Positions 20,102-29,725 of a DNA stretch of 64,000 bases are shown one piece after another. Both the position numbers and the translations under genes were made by a program. Each line of letters starts with the position of its first letter. Within the stretch, counting starts at the first letter, position 1. Origin of the DNA: Candidatus Nitrospinota bacterium M3_3B_026 (lineage in GTDB: Bacteria > Nitrospinota_A > UBA7883 > JBPRGF01); NCBI GenBank assembly GCA_051418015.1, contig JBPRGF010000033.1:64001-128000 (forward strand), written 5' to 3'. Under the pieces are notes generated by a model. It worked only from the letters and a program-made list of their open reading frames with translations. It did not search any database and was not told the origin of the DNA.

Positions 20102-20557
20102 ATGTTAAGGAAAAAATGTAAAGAAGTGTTCAGGAGAGCCTTCCTTCCATTGCTGGCGGCGGCCCTGGTGGCGGGAATGCTCCTGCCGGGGCAGGCCCGG
20201 GCGGAGTACGCGGACGTGGTGATCAACAACTATTCGGACGAGCAGGGGATGCGTCCGGCCGTGTTCCCGCACTGGTTCCATCGCATCAGGTTCCGGTGCA
20301 AGGTCTGCCACGCCGACCTGGGGTTCCAGTTCAAGGCTGGCGGAAACAAGATAACGATGGCGAAGATCATCGAGGGCGAGTTCTGCGGCGCCTGCCACAA
20401 CGGCGAGGTGGCCTGGTCCCCGCAGAACTGCGACCTGTGCCATTCCGGCGTGCCGGGAACTCCCACACAGGTCCACGGAAGCACGGCACAGACGCTGGTG
20501 ACGCCGGTGGGCATCCAGAAGTTCACCATCGAGGAAAAGGACACCTTTGAAAAATAA
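20102..20557 (+). CDS. Triheme cytochrome c (c7-like), type A
   Basis: Signal peptide; FPHWFH; CKVCH, CGACH, CDLCH. Confidence 0.9.
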   Translation: MLRKKCKEVFRRAFLPLLAAALVAGMLLPGQARAEYADVVINNYSDEQGMRPAVFPHWFHRIRFRCKVCHADLGFQFKAGGNKITMAKIIEGEFCGACHNGEVAWSPQNCDLCHSGVPGTPTQVHGSTAQTLVTPVGIQKFTIEEKDTFEK

Positions 20558-20584
20558 GAGAATATAGAAAAAAGAGGAGAGGTC

Positions 20585-21211
20585 ATGAATCGCAAGCTTG
20601 TAATCACTCCTTTAGTGATAGTGGCCGCGCTGTGTATCGCGCTGGAGCCGGCCCGCGCCCAGGAGCCGGCGAATCCCCCGCAGGGTGGAGGAAACAAGGC
20701 GGGCATACAGTTCAACAGGTTGCTCAAAAAACCCAAGGTCTACAACCCCCCTCCAGCCGAAGACGGGGCCCACGACCCCCAGAACGAGGGGACGTACATG
20801 CTCCAGCCCCCCATGGATGTGTTCAAGCACATGCCCAAAGCCCAGTCCGGCAACAGGGTGGACTGGGTGAAAGCCCTGAACGACGGCGTCATAAACCCGC
20901 GCTGGGACAGGCTCGACCCCGCGGCCGAGCCGGACGTGTTCGAGTTCGACGTGCTCCGGGAAGTGCGCGGCTCCATGCCCAACGTCCTCTTCCCCCACGA
21001 CAGGCACACCCAGTGGCTGGCCTGCGAGAACTGCCACGACGACATCTTCATCCCCCAGGTCGGAGCCAACCAGATCAGCATGGCGCTTATCCTGATGGGG
21101 CAGAAATGCGGCGTGTGTCATGGCAAGGTGGCGTTCCCGCCGACCCAGTGCAGAAAATGCCATAGCCAGAAAAAGGACGCTATGGTGAAAAAGAAACCCA
21201 GACAGCAGTGA
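20585..21211 (+). CDS. Triheme cytochrome c (c7-like), type B
   Basis: Signal peptide; GNRVDWVKAL; FPHDRH; CENCH, CGVCH, CRKCH. Confidence 0.9.
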   Translation: MNRKLVITPLVIVAALCIALEPARAQEPANPPQGGGNKAGIQFNRLLKKPKVYNPPPAEDGAHDPQNEGTYMLQPPMDVFKHMPKAQSGNRVDWVKALNDGVINPRWDRLDPAAEPDVFEFDVLREVRGSMPNVLFPHDRHTQWLACENCHDDIFIPQVGANQISMALILMGQKCGVCHGKVAFPPTQCRKCHSQKKDAMVKKKPRQQ

Positions 21212-21224
21212 GAGAACCAGCCAG

Positions 21225-22412
21225 ATGAGAAGTTACTTCATTAAAGCGGCGGCTGGGATGCTGGCGATCGGCCTTGCGGCCGGTTGCCAGTCCCCAGGCC
21301 CGCCCAAAAAAGAAACGCTCAAAAAACCCTCGGCTGAGCAGGCGGCTGAGGGGGAAGAGGAGAAACCCGCTGAAGAGGCCCCCTCTCCGGGTCCGGTAGT
21401 CTCCGAGCCCAAGGCGGAGGAGCCGCCAGCCGCGCCGCCGCCCGAGCCCGCGGTAAAAGCGGAAAAGCCGGAGGCCGCGGAGCCGGAGCGCCAGGCCGCG
21501 GAGCCTGAGAAAGCGCCGGAGGAGAAGGAGGCGCCAGAGCCTCCCGTTGCCGCCGAGGCCCCTCCGGAGCCTGCGCCCAAGAAAGAGGCGGCGACCATCC
21601 GCGGCGGTAAACCGAAGCTCTCCAAAGATAAGCTGGAAATGCGTGTCAGCTACCTGGAAAGCCTGGTTTACAAATCCTCTTCCGCCAAAAAAGTCGAAGA
21701 GAGCGGCAACGAAGAGGCCATGGCCGCCCTTGCCCGCTCCAGGGAGCTTTATAAGCACGCCCGGGCCGCCCTGGAAAAGGACGACCTGGAAGGCTCCGAT
21801 GACGCCATGAGGGAGTCCATGAGACTCGTCGGCGTGGCGTCGCGCATGGCGACAAGCCCCGAAGAGAAAAGCGCCCGCGAGCGCGAGAAATATCTCCAGA
21901 CGAAAAAGAGCGTGGAGAGCCTGCTTGACGCCATCGACAGAGTCGTCAAGGAGAACGGCCCGGAAAAAGAGGAGCTTGGCGTCGACCCGGCCCCCATCCA
22001 CAAGCTCTATGACGAGGCCGAGGCGCAGGCCTCCGAGAAAAAGTACAAGGAGGCCAACGTCAAGATTGACGAGGCATACGCCCTGGCCTCCTCGGCCGTC
22101 ACGAAGCTCCGGGACAAGGAGACGATCCTGCTGACGCTCGAGTTCGAGACGCCGGAGGATGAATATAAATACGTCCTCAAGCGAAACGAAAGCTACGAAT
22201 CGCTCATCTCTATCATGATAGAGGAGAAAAAACCGGGCGAGGGGCAGCTTGAAAGGATCAAGGGGTTTGTGGCTGAAGGCCGGTCCATACTTGAAAAAGC
22301 CGAAAAACTCGCCTCCCAGGGAGACTTCGAACAGGCCATCCAGTTCGCCGACGATGCCACGCGCGAGCTTGCCAAGGCTCTGCGGACGCTTGGGCTCATG
22401 GTGTACGATTGA
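21225..22412 (+). CDS. Lipoprotein with Pro/Glu/Ala-rich linker and helical-bundle domain
   Basis: Lipobox LAAGC; ~100 aa low-complexity linker; C-terminal LEFETPEDEYKY motif. Confidence 0.75.
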   Translation: MRSYFIKAAAGMLAIGLAAGCQSPGPPKKETLKKPSAEQAAEGEEEKPAEEAPSPGPVVSEPKAEEPPAAPPPEPAVKAEKPEAAEPERQAAEPEKAPEEKEAPEPPVAAEAPPEPAPKKEAATIRGGKPKLSKDKLEMRVSYLESLVYKSSSAKKVEESGNEEAMAALARSRELYKHARAALEKDDLEGSDDAMRESMRLVGVASRMATSPEEKSAREREKYLQTKKSVESLLDAIDRVVKENGPEKEELGVDPAPIHKLYDEAEAQASEKKYKEANVKIDEAYALASSAVTKLRDKETILLTLEFETPEDEYKYVLKRNESYESLISIMIEEKKPGEGQLERIKGFVAEGRSILEKAEKLASQGDFEQAIQFADDATRELAKALRTLGLMVYD

Positions 22413-22434
22413 CGGAAAGTTTTTTCTTCGGAGC

Positions 22435-23325
22435 ATGAAAGAGGCGATCGCGCCGGTCGTGGCCGTTTTGCTTCTCGTCTTCGCCTCCCCGGCTGGAGCG
22501 CAGGGGAGGGGGGCGGAGTTCAAGGCGGGGCGGATTGACAGGAGGCTCCAGTCCGTGACAACGCTGGTCGAGACGTCCTCCCTGGCGCTGCGGATCAGGT
22601 CCAGCGGGTCCGTGGAGGCGGAAAACGTCCGCCTGGAGGCCGAAGCCGTACTCGAACAGGCCGAACAGGCCGCCGCCCGCGGCGACGATGACGAGGCGGG
22701 AAGGCTGCTCATCGAAGCCCAGAAAAAGGTCTATCAGGCCGCCAGTCTCCTGGGCGGCGGCCCCGGCGCCGGGGAGAAAAAACGCAGGGATTTCAAACAC
22801 AGGCTCAAGAGCGTGAAGGCCCTGCTGGAGGCCAACAGGCGCGTCGGGGGCGAAATCGAGGACACCGGGGAAAAAGAAAGACGCCGGGAACTGGCCGAAA
22901 GGGTCGCCAGCCTGCTTGAGGAGGCGATGGCCCTGTATGACGCGGGCGAGGTGGGCAAGGGCCGGGAAAAGCTGGACGAGGCCTACGCGACGGCCACCAG
23001 CTCCCTCCGGAAGATGCGCCATGGCATGACGCGGGTGCGCGACCTTAAGTTCGAAACGAAGGAGGAGGAGTTCGAGTTCGTAAAACGCTACAACGACGAC
23101 TACCTGAACCTCGCGGACAAGTTCGTGAGCGATTACCTCAAGAAAACCGAAGACACGGCCCGGGCGGAAAGGATGAAAAAATACTTCAAAAGGGGCAAGG
23201 AGTTGCGAGTCGAAGCGGACGGGCTGGCATCGGCCGGTGATTTCGAAAAGGGCATAGAAGCCCTGGAGCAGTCCACAAGGCAGATCAAGCAGGCCATAAG
23301 GGCTACCGGGTTCATGATACCCTGA
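22435..23325 (+). CDS. Exported alpha-helical protein, paralog of the upstream lipoprotein
   Basis: Signal peptide; shares 'DEAY..A.S...K.R', 'L.FET.E.E...V.KR' and 'A..GDFE..I' with the 21225 protein. Start uncertain. Confidence 0.7.
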   Translation: MKEAIAPVVAVLLLVFASPAGAQGRGAEFKAGRIDRRLQSVTTLVETSSLALRIRSSGSVEAENVRLEAEAVLEQAEQAAARGDDDEAGRLLIEAQKKVYQAASLLGGGPGAGEKKRRDFKHRLKSVKALLEANRRVGGEIEDTGEKERRRELAERVASLLEEAMALYDAGEVGKGREKLDEAYATATSSLRKMRHGMTRVRDLKFETKEEEFEFVKRYNDDYLNLADKFVSDYLKKTEDTARAERMKKYFKRGKELRVEADGLASAGDFEKGIEALEQSTRQIKQAIRATGFMIP

Positions 23326-23469
23326 AACGTGGGAAGGGAATTTCGCCCCGCTCGAATGAAGGCGCCGCATGTCCGCTTCGGGCAAGACGGGATCGACGCC
23401 GTTCCGGCCGGCGGGCGGAAACTCGTTGTCACATAAGGCATGAACATTGACTTTTCGGGGCAGGTCCAC

Positions 23470-24042
23470 ATGATTTTCGCCGTATCCGGGGGTAAAAGAC
23501 TGATTTTGCTCATCGCGGCCACCGGCCTTTTTTTCGCGGCTCTGGCCGGAGCCGCGCGGGGCGACGAGCGGAAATGGGAAAAGATCGAGGGCGACGGGTT
23601 GCACGACCCTGAAGGCCCGGCCATACACACCCTGCAGGATCCCGGGGAAGCCCTCTCCGCCCTGCCGCCGGACCCGGGAAACGCCGGGAACAAGGTCAGC
23701 TGGCCGAAGGCGCTGGAAAATGGCTTTATAAACCCCAGGACCAGCTTTGACAACGAGAAGGAGATGCAGGTTCTGGACATGGACATCCTGTTCAAGGAGA
23801 CGCGGGAGATGCCCATGGTCCTGTTCCCCCACGTAAAACACACCGTGTGGCTGGATTGCTCTAACTGCCACGACAAGATATTCAAAGCCAAGGCGGGCGC
23901 CACGCCGGTGAACATGTTCACCATCCTGATGGGGGAGCATTGCGGGAGATGCCACGGCGCCGTCGCCTTTCCATTGACGGAATGCTTGCGCTGCCACAGC
24001 GTGGAGAGGGAAGGCGCCAGTGTCAAGCACAGGATGGAGTGA
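23470..24042 (+). CDS. Triheme cytochrome c (c7-like), type B paralog
   Basis: GNKVSWPKAL; FPHVKH; CSNCH, CGRCH, CLRCH. Start may be 23440. Confidence 0.88.
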   Translation: MIFAVSGGKRLILLIAATGLFFAALAGAARGDERKWEKIEGDGLHDPEGPAIHTLQDPGEALSALPPDPGNAGNKVSWPKALENGFINPRTSFDNEKEMQVLDMDILFKETREMPMVLFPHVKHTVWLDCSNCHDKIFKAKAGATPVNMFTILMGEHCGRCHGAVAFPLTECLRCHSVEREGASVKHRME

Positions 24043-24415
24043 CCGCCGGAACGCGGCGGCCGCAGCGGTGTTCGCCCTGGTTCTCTTCGCCGCGCCCGCG
24101 CGGGCGGAATACGGCGACGTCATAATCAACAACAAGGCCGAGGAATACGGGATGCGCCCGGTGATATTCCCCCATTGGTTCCATCGCATCCGGTTCAGGT
24201 GCAGGGTCTGCCACACGGACGTCGGGTTCGAAATGCGCGCGGGGTCCAACGACATAACCATGGGCAAGATCATAGACAGGCAGTTCTGCGGCGCCTGCCA
24301 CAACGGTGAGATCGCCTGGGGACCGGAAAACTGCGACATGTGCCACTCCGGCAAAGCCGGGCTCAAGACCGGAGTCAGGGGAGGGCATCAGACCGGGGGG
24401 CCGGGGAGGTGGTGA
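24020..24415 (+). CDS. Triheme cytochrome c (c7-like), type A paralog
   Basis: AEYGDVIINN; FPHWFH; CRVCH, CGACH, CDMCH. Confidence 0.88.
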   Translation: MSSTGWSDRRNAAAAAVFALVLFAAPARAEYGDVIINNKAEEYGMRPVIFPHWFHRIRFRCRVCHTDVGFEMRAGSNDITMGKIIDRQFCGACHNGEIAWGPENCDMCHSGKAGLKTGVRGGHQTGGPGRW

Positions 24416-25371
24416 CGGTCCGTTTTTTGCTTGTGCTGGTCGGCGCCGTGGCCGCCCTGTCCTGCTCCACCATTGAAAAAAGCCCCTCCGGCCCTGGCGC
24501 CGGGGAAAAGACCGGCCGGTCCTTCCTCGAGCCGTGGGGGGAGATATCCCGTCAGGTGGCGTCGATGGAAAACGGCGGGGAGAGAGATACGGCGCCGCCC
24601 CTGCGGCCGTTCCTTGCGCCGAGCGCCGTGGCGGCCAGAGATGAATATGTTTATATAGCCGACTCCGGCGCCGGATGCGTCTTCAGGTACAACAGCTACA
24701 GCATGGCCCTCGCAAGGCTGGTGAGGCCGCCGGCTGATTTCCTTACCGATATAAAAGTCCTGGCCGACCACTCGTTCGTCGTGACCGATCCGTTCAACAG
24801 CCGCGTGCTGCGCTTCGGTCATGACGGGAGCCTGAGGTGGGTTTTCAAGAACCGAACCTACCTGAGCCACCCCACCTCCGTCGCTGTGGACGAGAAAAGG
24901 GGCATGGTCTACGCCGCCGACGGGGCGGGCGGCTACATCGTGGCGTTCAACACCGCGGGCCAGGTGGTCAACGTCATGGCGGACTGGGTGTCCGGAAAGG
25001 AAGGCCCCATCGACATAGCCTCCATCGCCATGGGCCCCGACGGGCTGTACGTGGCCGACAGGGTCTCCCGCGCCGTCCATGTCTTCAACGGCGACGGGGA
25101 GCGGCTCTATTTTTTCGGAGACAAGGACCTTGGGGAGCCCCTGGCCCTCGACGTTGACGAAGACGGCAGGGTCTACGTCGCCGACGGGGCGGACAGCTCC
25201 ATCAAGGTCTTCTCCGGCGGACGGCTGGTCTGGAGCGCGGGAAAAGAGGATGGCGGATGGGTCAGGTTCCAGGGTCTTTCGGACCTGGCCGTGGAGGACG
25301 GGCGCCTTTACGCCTCGGACAACGTGTCGGGAAAGGTTTACATTTTCCTCGTCATGCCGGAGAATTTGTAA
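24412..25371 (+). CDS. NHL-repeat beta-propeller lipoprotein
   Basis: GTG start overlapping the upstream stop; lipobox ALSC; repeated YIAD/YVAD NHL motifs. Confidence 0.85.
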   Translation: MTVRFLLVLVGAVAALSCSTIEKSPSGPGAGEKTGRSFLEPWGEISRQVASMENGGERDTAPPLRPFLAPSAVAARDEYVYIADSGAGCVFRYNSYSMALARLVRPPADFLTDIKVLADHSFVVTDPFNSRVLRFGHDGSLRWVFKNRTYLSHPTSVAVDEKRGMVYAADGAGGYIVAFNTAGQVVNVMADWVSGKEGPIDIASIAMGPDGLYVADRVSRAVHVFNGDGERLYFFGDKDLGEPLALDVDEDGRVYVADGADSSIKVFSGGRLVWSAGKEDGGWVRFQGLSDLAVEDGRLYASDNVSGKVYIFLVMPENL

Positions 25372-25377
25372 TGACGA

Positions 25378-26493
25378 ATGTCCCGCTTTTCTATTTTCGC
25401 GCCGCTTGATTTGAAAATGACGAACAGGGGAATTTTCAGGGCGTCCACGGCCTGGGCCGTTCTCGCCGTTTTCCTGGCCCTCGGCGGCTGCGCCGCGCCG
25501 AAATATTCCATGACGCTTGACGTCTACGGAATCAACGGCGATGTGGAGAAGGTCTGGCCGCCCGCGCCGGAGGTGCCCCGCTACATGTACATAGGGGAGC
25601 TTGTGGGTGAGCCTAACTTCGCGAAAGATTCGGGAGGCGGCGGATTCAGGAAGGCGCTGGAGGTCATCGCGGGAGTGATCGCGGGCAAGAGCGGGCCGGA
25701 GCTTTTGCAACGCCCCCAGGCCGGCGTGGTGGACGCTGAGGGAAACATTTACATCACCGACGTCAGCCGCCAGGCGGTCTGCGTGTTCCACCAGGAGAAG
25801 GGCTTTTTGGTCTGGGATATGATCAGCAGGATGGGCAGATTCGTATCCCCCATAGGCGTCGCCATCGGCAGGGACGGCGAGATTCTAGTGACGGACTCCG
25901 AGCTCGGCGTCGTCGTCCGGCTCGACAGGGAGGGCAAGCCGCTGGGGATATTCGGGCGCAAGGAGTTGACCCGTCCCACGGGGATAGTGGCCGATCCCGA
26001 GAAGGGCTTTGTTTACGTCGCCGACACACACGCCCACGACATCAAGGTTTTCGATTATGATGGCGGACTCGTGGGGACCATCGGAAAACGCGGCGACGAG
26101 AAGGGGAGCCTCAACTTTCCCATTCATCTCGCCTTCTCCAAGGGGAGGATATACGTCACTGACACCCTCAACGCGCGCGTGCAGGTGTTCAGCGAGGACG
26201 GGGAGTTCATAACGACTTTCGGCAGCCGGGGTCTTTACAAGGGGCAGTTCACCCGCCCGAAGGGCATAGCCCTGGACTCCGACGGCAACATCTACGTTGT
26301 GGAGTCATACTACGACCACCTGCTGATATATGACAACCAGGGCCGGTTCCTCCTGCCGATGGGAGGGGCCGGGTCCGATCCGGGCAAGTTCTACCTGCCG
26401 GCGGGGGTCTGGGTGGACGAGCATGACAGGGTATTCGTGGCGGACATGTTCAACCGGCGTGTCGTTGTTTTCCAGTACCTTGGCGGCTCCTGA
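25378..26493 (+). CDS. NHL-repeat 6-bladed beta-propeller lipoprotein
   Basis: Lipobox LGGC; VWPPAPEVPR; repeated F.RP.GI and YVADT..H motifs. Confidence 0.9.
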   Translation: MSRFSIFAPLDLKMTNRGIFRASTAWAVLAVFLALGGCAAPKYSMTLDVYGINGDVEKVWPPAPEVPRYMYIGELVGEPNFAKDSGGGGFRKALEVIAGVIAGKSGPELLQRPQAGVVDAEGNIYITDVSRQAVCVFHQEKGFLVWDMISRMGRFVSPIGVAIGRDGEILVTDSELGVVVRLDREGKPLGIFGRKELTRPTGIVADPEKGFVYVADTHAHDIKVFDYDGGLVGTIGKRGDEKGSLNFPIHLAFSKGRIYVTDTLNARVQVFSEDGEFITTFGSRGLYKGQFTRPKGIALDSDGNIYVVESYYDHLLIYDNQGRFLLPMGGAGSDPGKFYLPAGVWVDEHDRVFVADMFNRRVVVFQYLGGS

Positions 26494-26681
26494 CCCGCCA
26501 CTCCCGGCCCGCTCCACGAGGGGCTTCCCGGCATTCGCCAAAGCGGTGATAGATGATGACGGCGAGCCCTCTGGCATGGTAAAATTTTATTGTTGAAAAC
26601 GGCGGATTCCAGCGTCTTGCGCGCCGCCCGCCGTTCCGCGGTTCGATCGCCGCTTGTCATCGTTTCAGGGGATTATTGGGG

Positions 26682-29210
26682 ATGACTGACACCTGCCGCC
26701 GGGGGGGAGGCCTGCCGTGGATTGTGGCGTTCGCGCTCGCCGTTTTTTCCGCGTGGGGCGCGGAAGGCGCCAGGGTGGCCGACGTATCCAACACCAAGCA
26801 TAACCTTTCCACCTCCGGGCCGGGGACGGTGAAAGCCACCGAGGAGACGCAGATATGCGTCTTCTGCCACACGCCTCACGGCGCGGAGCTCGACGACCCC
26901 GACAACCCCACCCCCACGCCGCTTTGGAACAGGGAGTACTCGGCGGCGACTTATACGCCCTATACCTCCAAGTCGATGCAGGCCGCGGGCATGGCGCCGC
27001 CGGACCCCGGGCTGCAGCCGGACGGCTCCTCGAAGCTGTGTCTGTCCTGCCACGACGGCACGATAGCCATCGGCGCCGTCAATGTCCTGAACGGGCAGCT
27101 CATGACATCGCCCATAGGCATGGAAGGCGTGGGCACGAGCGTTCCCGGCGAGATGCCGGGCGGGACTTACGGCGAGACGTCGGGGTTCACGAGATTCATC
27201 GGGACGGACCTGACCAACGACCACCCGATATCCTTCACCTACGACACCGCCCTGGCCACAGCCGACGGCGAGCTGCGCGATCCGGCGGACACGAACAACG
27301 AGATAGACAACAGGACGCTCGGGGTGAAGCCTCTCGTGCCGCTGGAGAGCAACAAGGTCCAGTGCATAAGCTGCCACGACCCGCACATCCGCGAGACCGA
27401 CGACACCGCGGGCAACATCAACAACAACACGGTCAGCGCAAAGTTCCTGCGGCTCAACAGGTTCCAGGCGTCAAACCCCATCGGGGGGAACTTCGACACC
27501 GCCAACGACCTTGTCTGCCTGGCCTGTCATGATAAATTGGGGCAGGAGTGGGCCCGCTCCGTCCACGCAAATGACACCCACGCCAACGAGATATACAAGG
27601 ACACCGAGGCCAACCTGCGGGAGTTTCCCACGGGGATCGAGGTGTGGCAGGCCGCGTGTATGAACTGCCACGACACCCACACCGTCCAGGGCGCCCGCAG
27701 GCTCCTGCGGGAGGGGACGGACGACACCAACACCCCCAAGCAGGGGGGGAACTCCGCCATAGAGCAGACCTGCTACCAGTGCCACACCACGTCGGCCTCG
27801 TCCATACTGCAGAGCGTAAGCAACGACGTCCCGGACATATACTCCGACTTCCAGCTGACAAGAAGGATGCCGATAACGGAGACCCCGGAGGCGCACGACA
27901 TAAACGACGCCGACTTCACCGAGGACCAGGCCACCCTGGGGTATAACAACCTGTCGAACCGCCATGCGGAGTGCACCGACTGCCACAACCCCCACAGGAT
28001 AATCAAGAAAAGGCTCTTCACCGACACCAGCGCCCCCACCGCGGGCGACATCGCCACCCACGCAAGCGACGACACCGACCATGACACTCTCAACCACACG
28101 AACATAGCCTCCGGCGTCCTGCGGGGGACGTTCGGCGTCGAGCCGGTTTACAACGACAACGACTTCAACACCGACGTGAACGCGAACATAAGCTTCCAGG
28201 AAAAGCAGGGGGTCGGGAGCACGTCGAACGTCGGCGACGCCTGGGTGACCCGCGAGTACCAGATATGCCTGAAATGCCATTCCCACTACGGCTACAACGA
28301 TGACAACCAGCCCGACGGCAGCACCATCAGGCCAGCCCTTGGTTACGCGGGCGGGACGCCGTCGGGAACGAACGGGATGCAAAACTACACCAACCAGGCC
28401 AGGGAGTTCAACTCGCCCATATCGCACAAGGGTGAGGTGAGCCAGGGAAATGACGGTGGAGCGGAGCTGAACACCAACAACCACCGCTCCTGGCACCCGG
28501 TGATGAGAGAGACCGGCCGCACGGCGAGCGTCCGAGGCAGCATGAATCCGGCGTTGTTCCTCTCGCCCTGGAACAACAACATCGGGGGGCAGACGATGTA
28601 CTGCACGGACTGCCACGGCTCCAACACGGCGCTGGGGACGGTGGCGCCGAGCGCCGGGCGCGTTTGGGGGCCTCATGGCTCCGAGAACAACTTCCTGCTG
28701 AAGGGGGTGTGGGACACCTCCGTGGGTTCATCGGAGAACGGAGGCAGCGGGCAGGATGCGCTCTGCTTCCGTTGCCACGACTATAACAACTACGCCAACC
28801 CGAATAATGGCTCTCCCGGCAAGAGCGGCTTCTCCACCCCCAACGGCAATTGCATGATGTGCAATTTAGGTTATGACAATAACCTCCACATCGGCCACGC
28901 GCGGAGGATCGGCTATTTCCGGTGCAAGTGGTGCCACGTGATGGTACCCCACGGCTGGAAGAACAAGGCGCTGCTCGTCAACCGCAAAGACCTGGGGCCG
29001 GAGGTGGGACTCGGCGTCGGTACCAACGCGGGCAACCTGAACGGCGGCGATTCGTCCGTCACAACGATGTCTCCGTATTACTACGACTCGAAACTGTATA
29101 TCGACAGCTGGGCCGCGAGCGGTAACTGGGACGACGACAACTGCGGCGGCGGCGACCGGGGCATGGGCGGCGAATGGATGCCGAACAACTGCGCCTCCCC
29201 GCCGCCCTGA
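26682..29210 (+). CDS. Undecaheme c-type cytochrome, probably extracellular
   Basis: Signal peptide; 11 CXXCH (CVFCH, CLSCH, CISCH, CLACH, CMNCH, CYQCH, CTDCH, CLKCH, CTDCH, CFRCH, CKWCH); N-terminus TKHNLS...ICVFCHTPH...PLWNR...DLTNDHPISF. Confidence 0.92.
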   Translation: MTDTCRRGGGLPWIVAFALAVFSAWGAEGARVADVSNTKHNLSTSGPGTVKATEETQICVFCHTPHGAELDDPDNPTPTPLWNREYSAATYTPYTSKSMQAAGMAPPDPGLQPDGSSKLCLSCHDGTIAIGAVNVLNGQLMTSPIGMEGVGTSVPGEMPGGTYGETSGFTRFIGTDLTNDHPISFTYDTALATADGELRDPADTNNEIDNRTLGVKPLVPLESNKVQCISCHDPHIRETDDTAGNINNNTVSAKFLRLNRFQASNPIGGNFDTANDLVCLACHDKLGQEWARSVHANDTHANEIYKDTEANLREFPTGIEVWQAACMNCHDTHTVQGARRLLREGTDDTNTPKQGGNSAIEQTCYQCHTTSASSILQSVSNDVPDIYSDFQLTRRMPITETPEAHDINDADFTEDQATLGYNNLSNRHAECTDCHNPHRIIKKRLFTDTSAPTAGDIATHASDDTDHDTLNHTNIASGVLRGTFGVEPVYNDNDFNTDVNANISFQEKQGVGSTSNVGDAWVTREYQICLKCHSHYGYNDDNQPDGSTIRPALGYAGGTPSGTNGMQNYTNQAREFNSPISHKGEVSQGNDGGAELNTNNHRSWHPVMRETGRTASVRGSMNPALFLSPWNNNIGGQTMYCTDCHGSNTALGTVAPSAGRVWGPHGSENNFLLKGVWDTSVGSSENGGSGQDALCFRCHDYNNYANPNNGSPGKSGFSTPNGNCMMCNLGYDNNLHIGHARRIGYFRCKWCHVMVPHGWKNKALLVNRKDLGPEVGLGVGTNAGNLNGGDSSVTTMSPYYYDSKLYIDSWAASGNWDDDNCGGGDRGMGGEWMPNNCASPPP

Positions 29211-29321
29211 TGGGGCGTTGCGAGTCTCGGATTGCGGGTTAAAGATGCTGGAGACCGGAGGCCTATCATTTTCTCCCCCTGCCGGAGGGACAGTGGCGCG
29301 AAGCGCCGAGGGGGAGGGAGC

Positions 29322-29405
29322 AATGTCATTCTGAGCCGCAGGCGAAGAATCCCGCCGGGCTTGGCGAGGGCGACGGGATGCTTCGCTGTTGCTCAGCATG
29401 ACATT
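29322..29405. repeat. REP-like inverted repeat pair (TGTCAT...ATGACA family)
   Basis: aatgtcattctgagccgcaggcgaagaatcccg ... cgggatgcttcgctgttgctcagcatgacatt. Confidence 0.85.
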
Positions 29406-29416
29406 GGCGGGGCGTG

Positions 29417-29716
29417 ATGGCAAGAACGAGAAGGTATTATGTCTACATCATGACCAACAAACGCAATACCGTTCTTTATACGGGTGTGACCTGAAACATC
29501 CAGAGAAGGATGCGGGAGCACAAAGAAAAAATCATAAGCGGTTTTACTTCCAAGTATAACGCAATCAAGCTTGTTTATTACGAGGTTTTCAACAGTGTCC
29601 GCGAGGCGTTGTCCAGGGAGAAGCAGATAAAAGGATGGCTGCGCGAGAAAAAGATCGTGTTAATAGAGTCGGTGAACCCTGAATGGAAGGACTTGAGCGA
29701 GGATATTATTTGGTGA
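29417..29716 (+). pseudogene. GIY-YIG nuclease with in-frame TGA at codon 26
   Basis: MARTRRYYVYIMTNKRNTVLYTGVT*NIQRRMREHK...GFTSKYN...LVYYE...REKQIKGW.REKK..LIE..NPEW.DL. TGA is at 29492-29494 and the frame continues into track ORF 29510..29716. Confidence 0.85.
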
Positions 29717-29725
29717 CGCCGACTT

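Noticed and set aside
21330..21600. Repetitive DNA encoding a P/E/A-rich tract
   Set aside because: It is a low-complexity protein linker with no exact tandem nucleotide unit.
29232..29417. Short ORFs containing 'VILSRRRRIP' (also 57621..57815)
   Set aside because: They are translations of the palindromic repeat, not genes.
29492..29520. Selenocysteine recoding of the GIY-YIG TGA
   Set aside because: The hairpin loop begins only about 7 nt after the UGA, shorter than typical bacterial SECIS spacing, and the residue is not a Cys position in this family. A nonsense mutation is more parsimonious.
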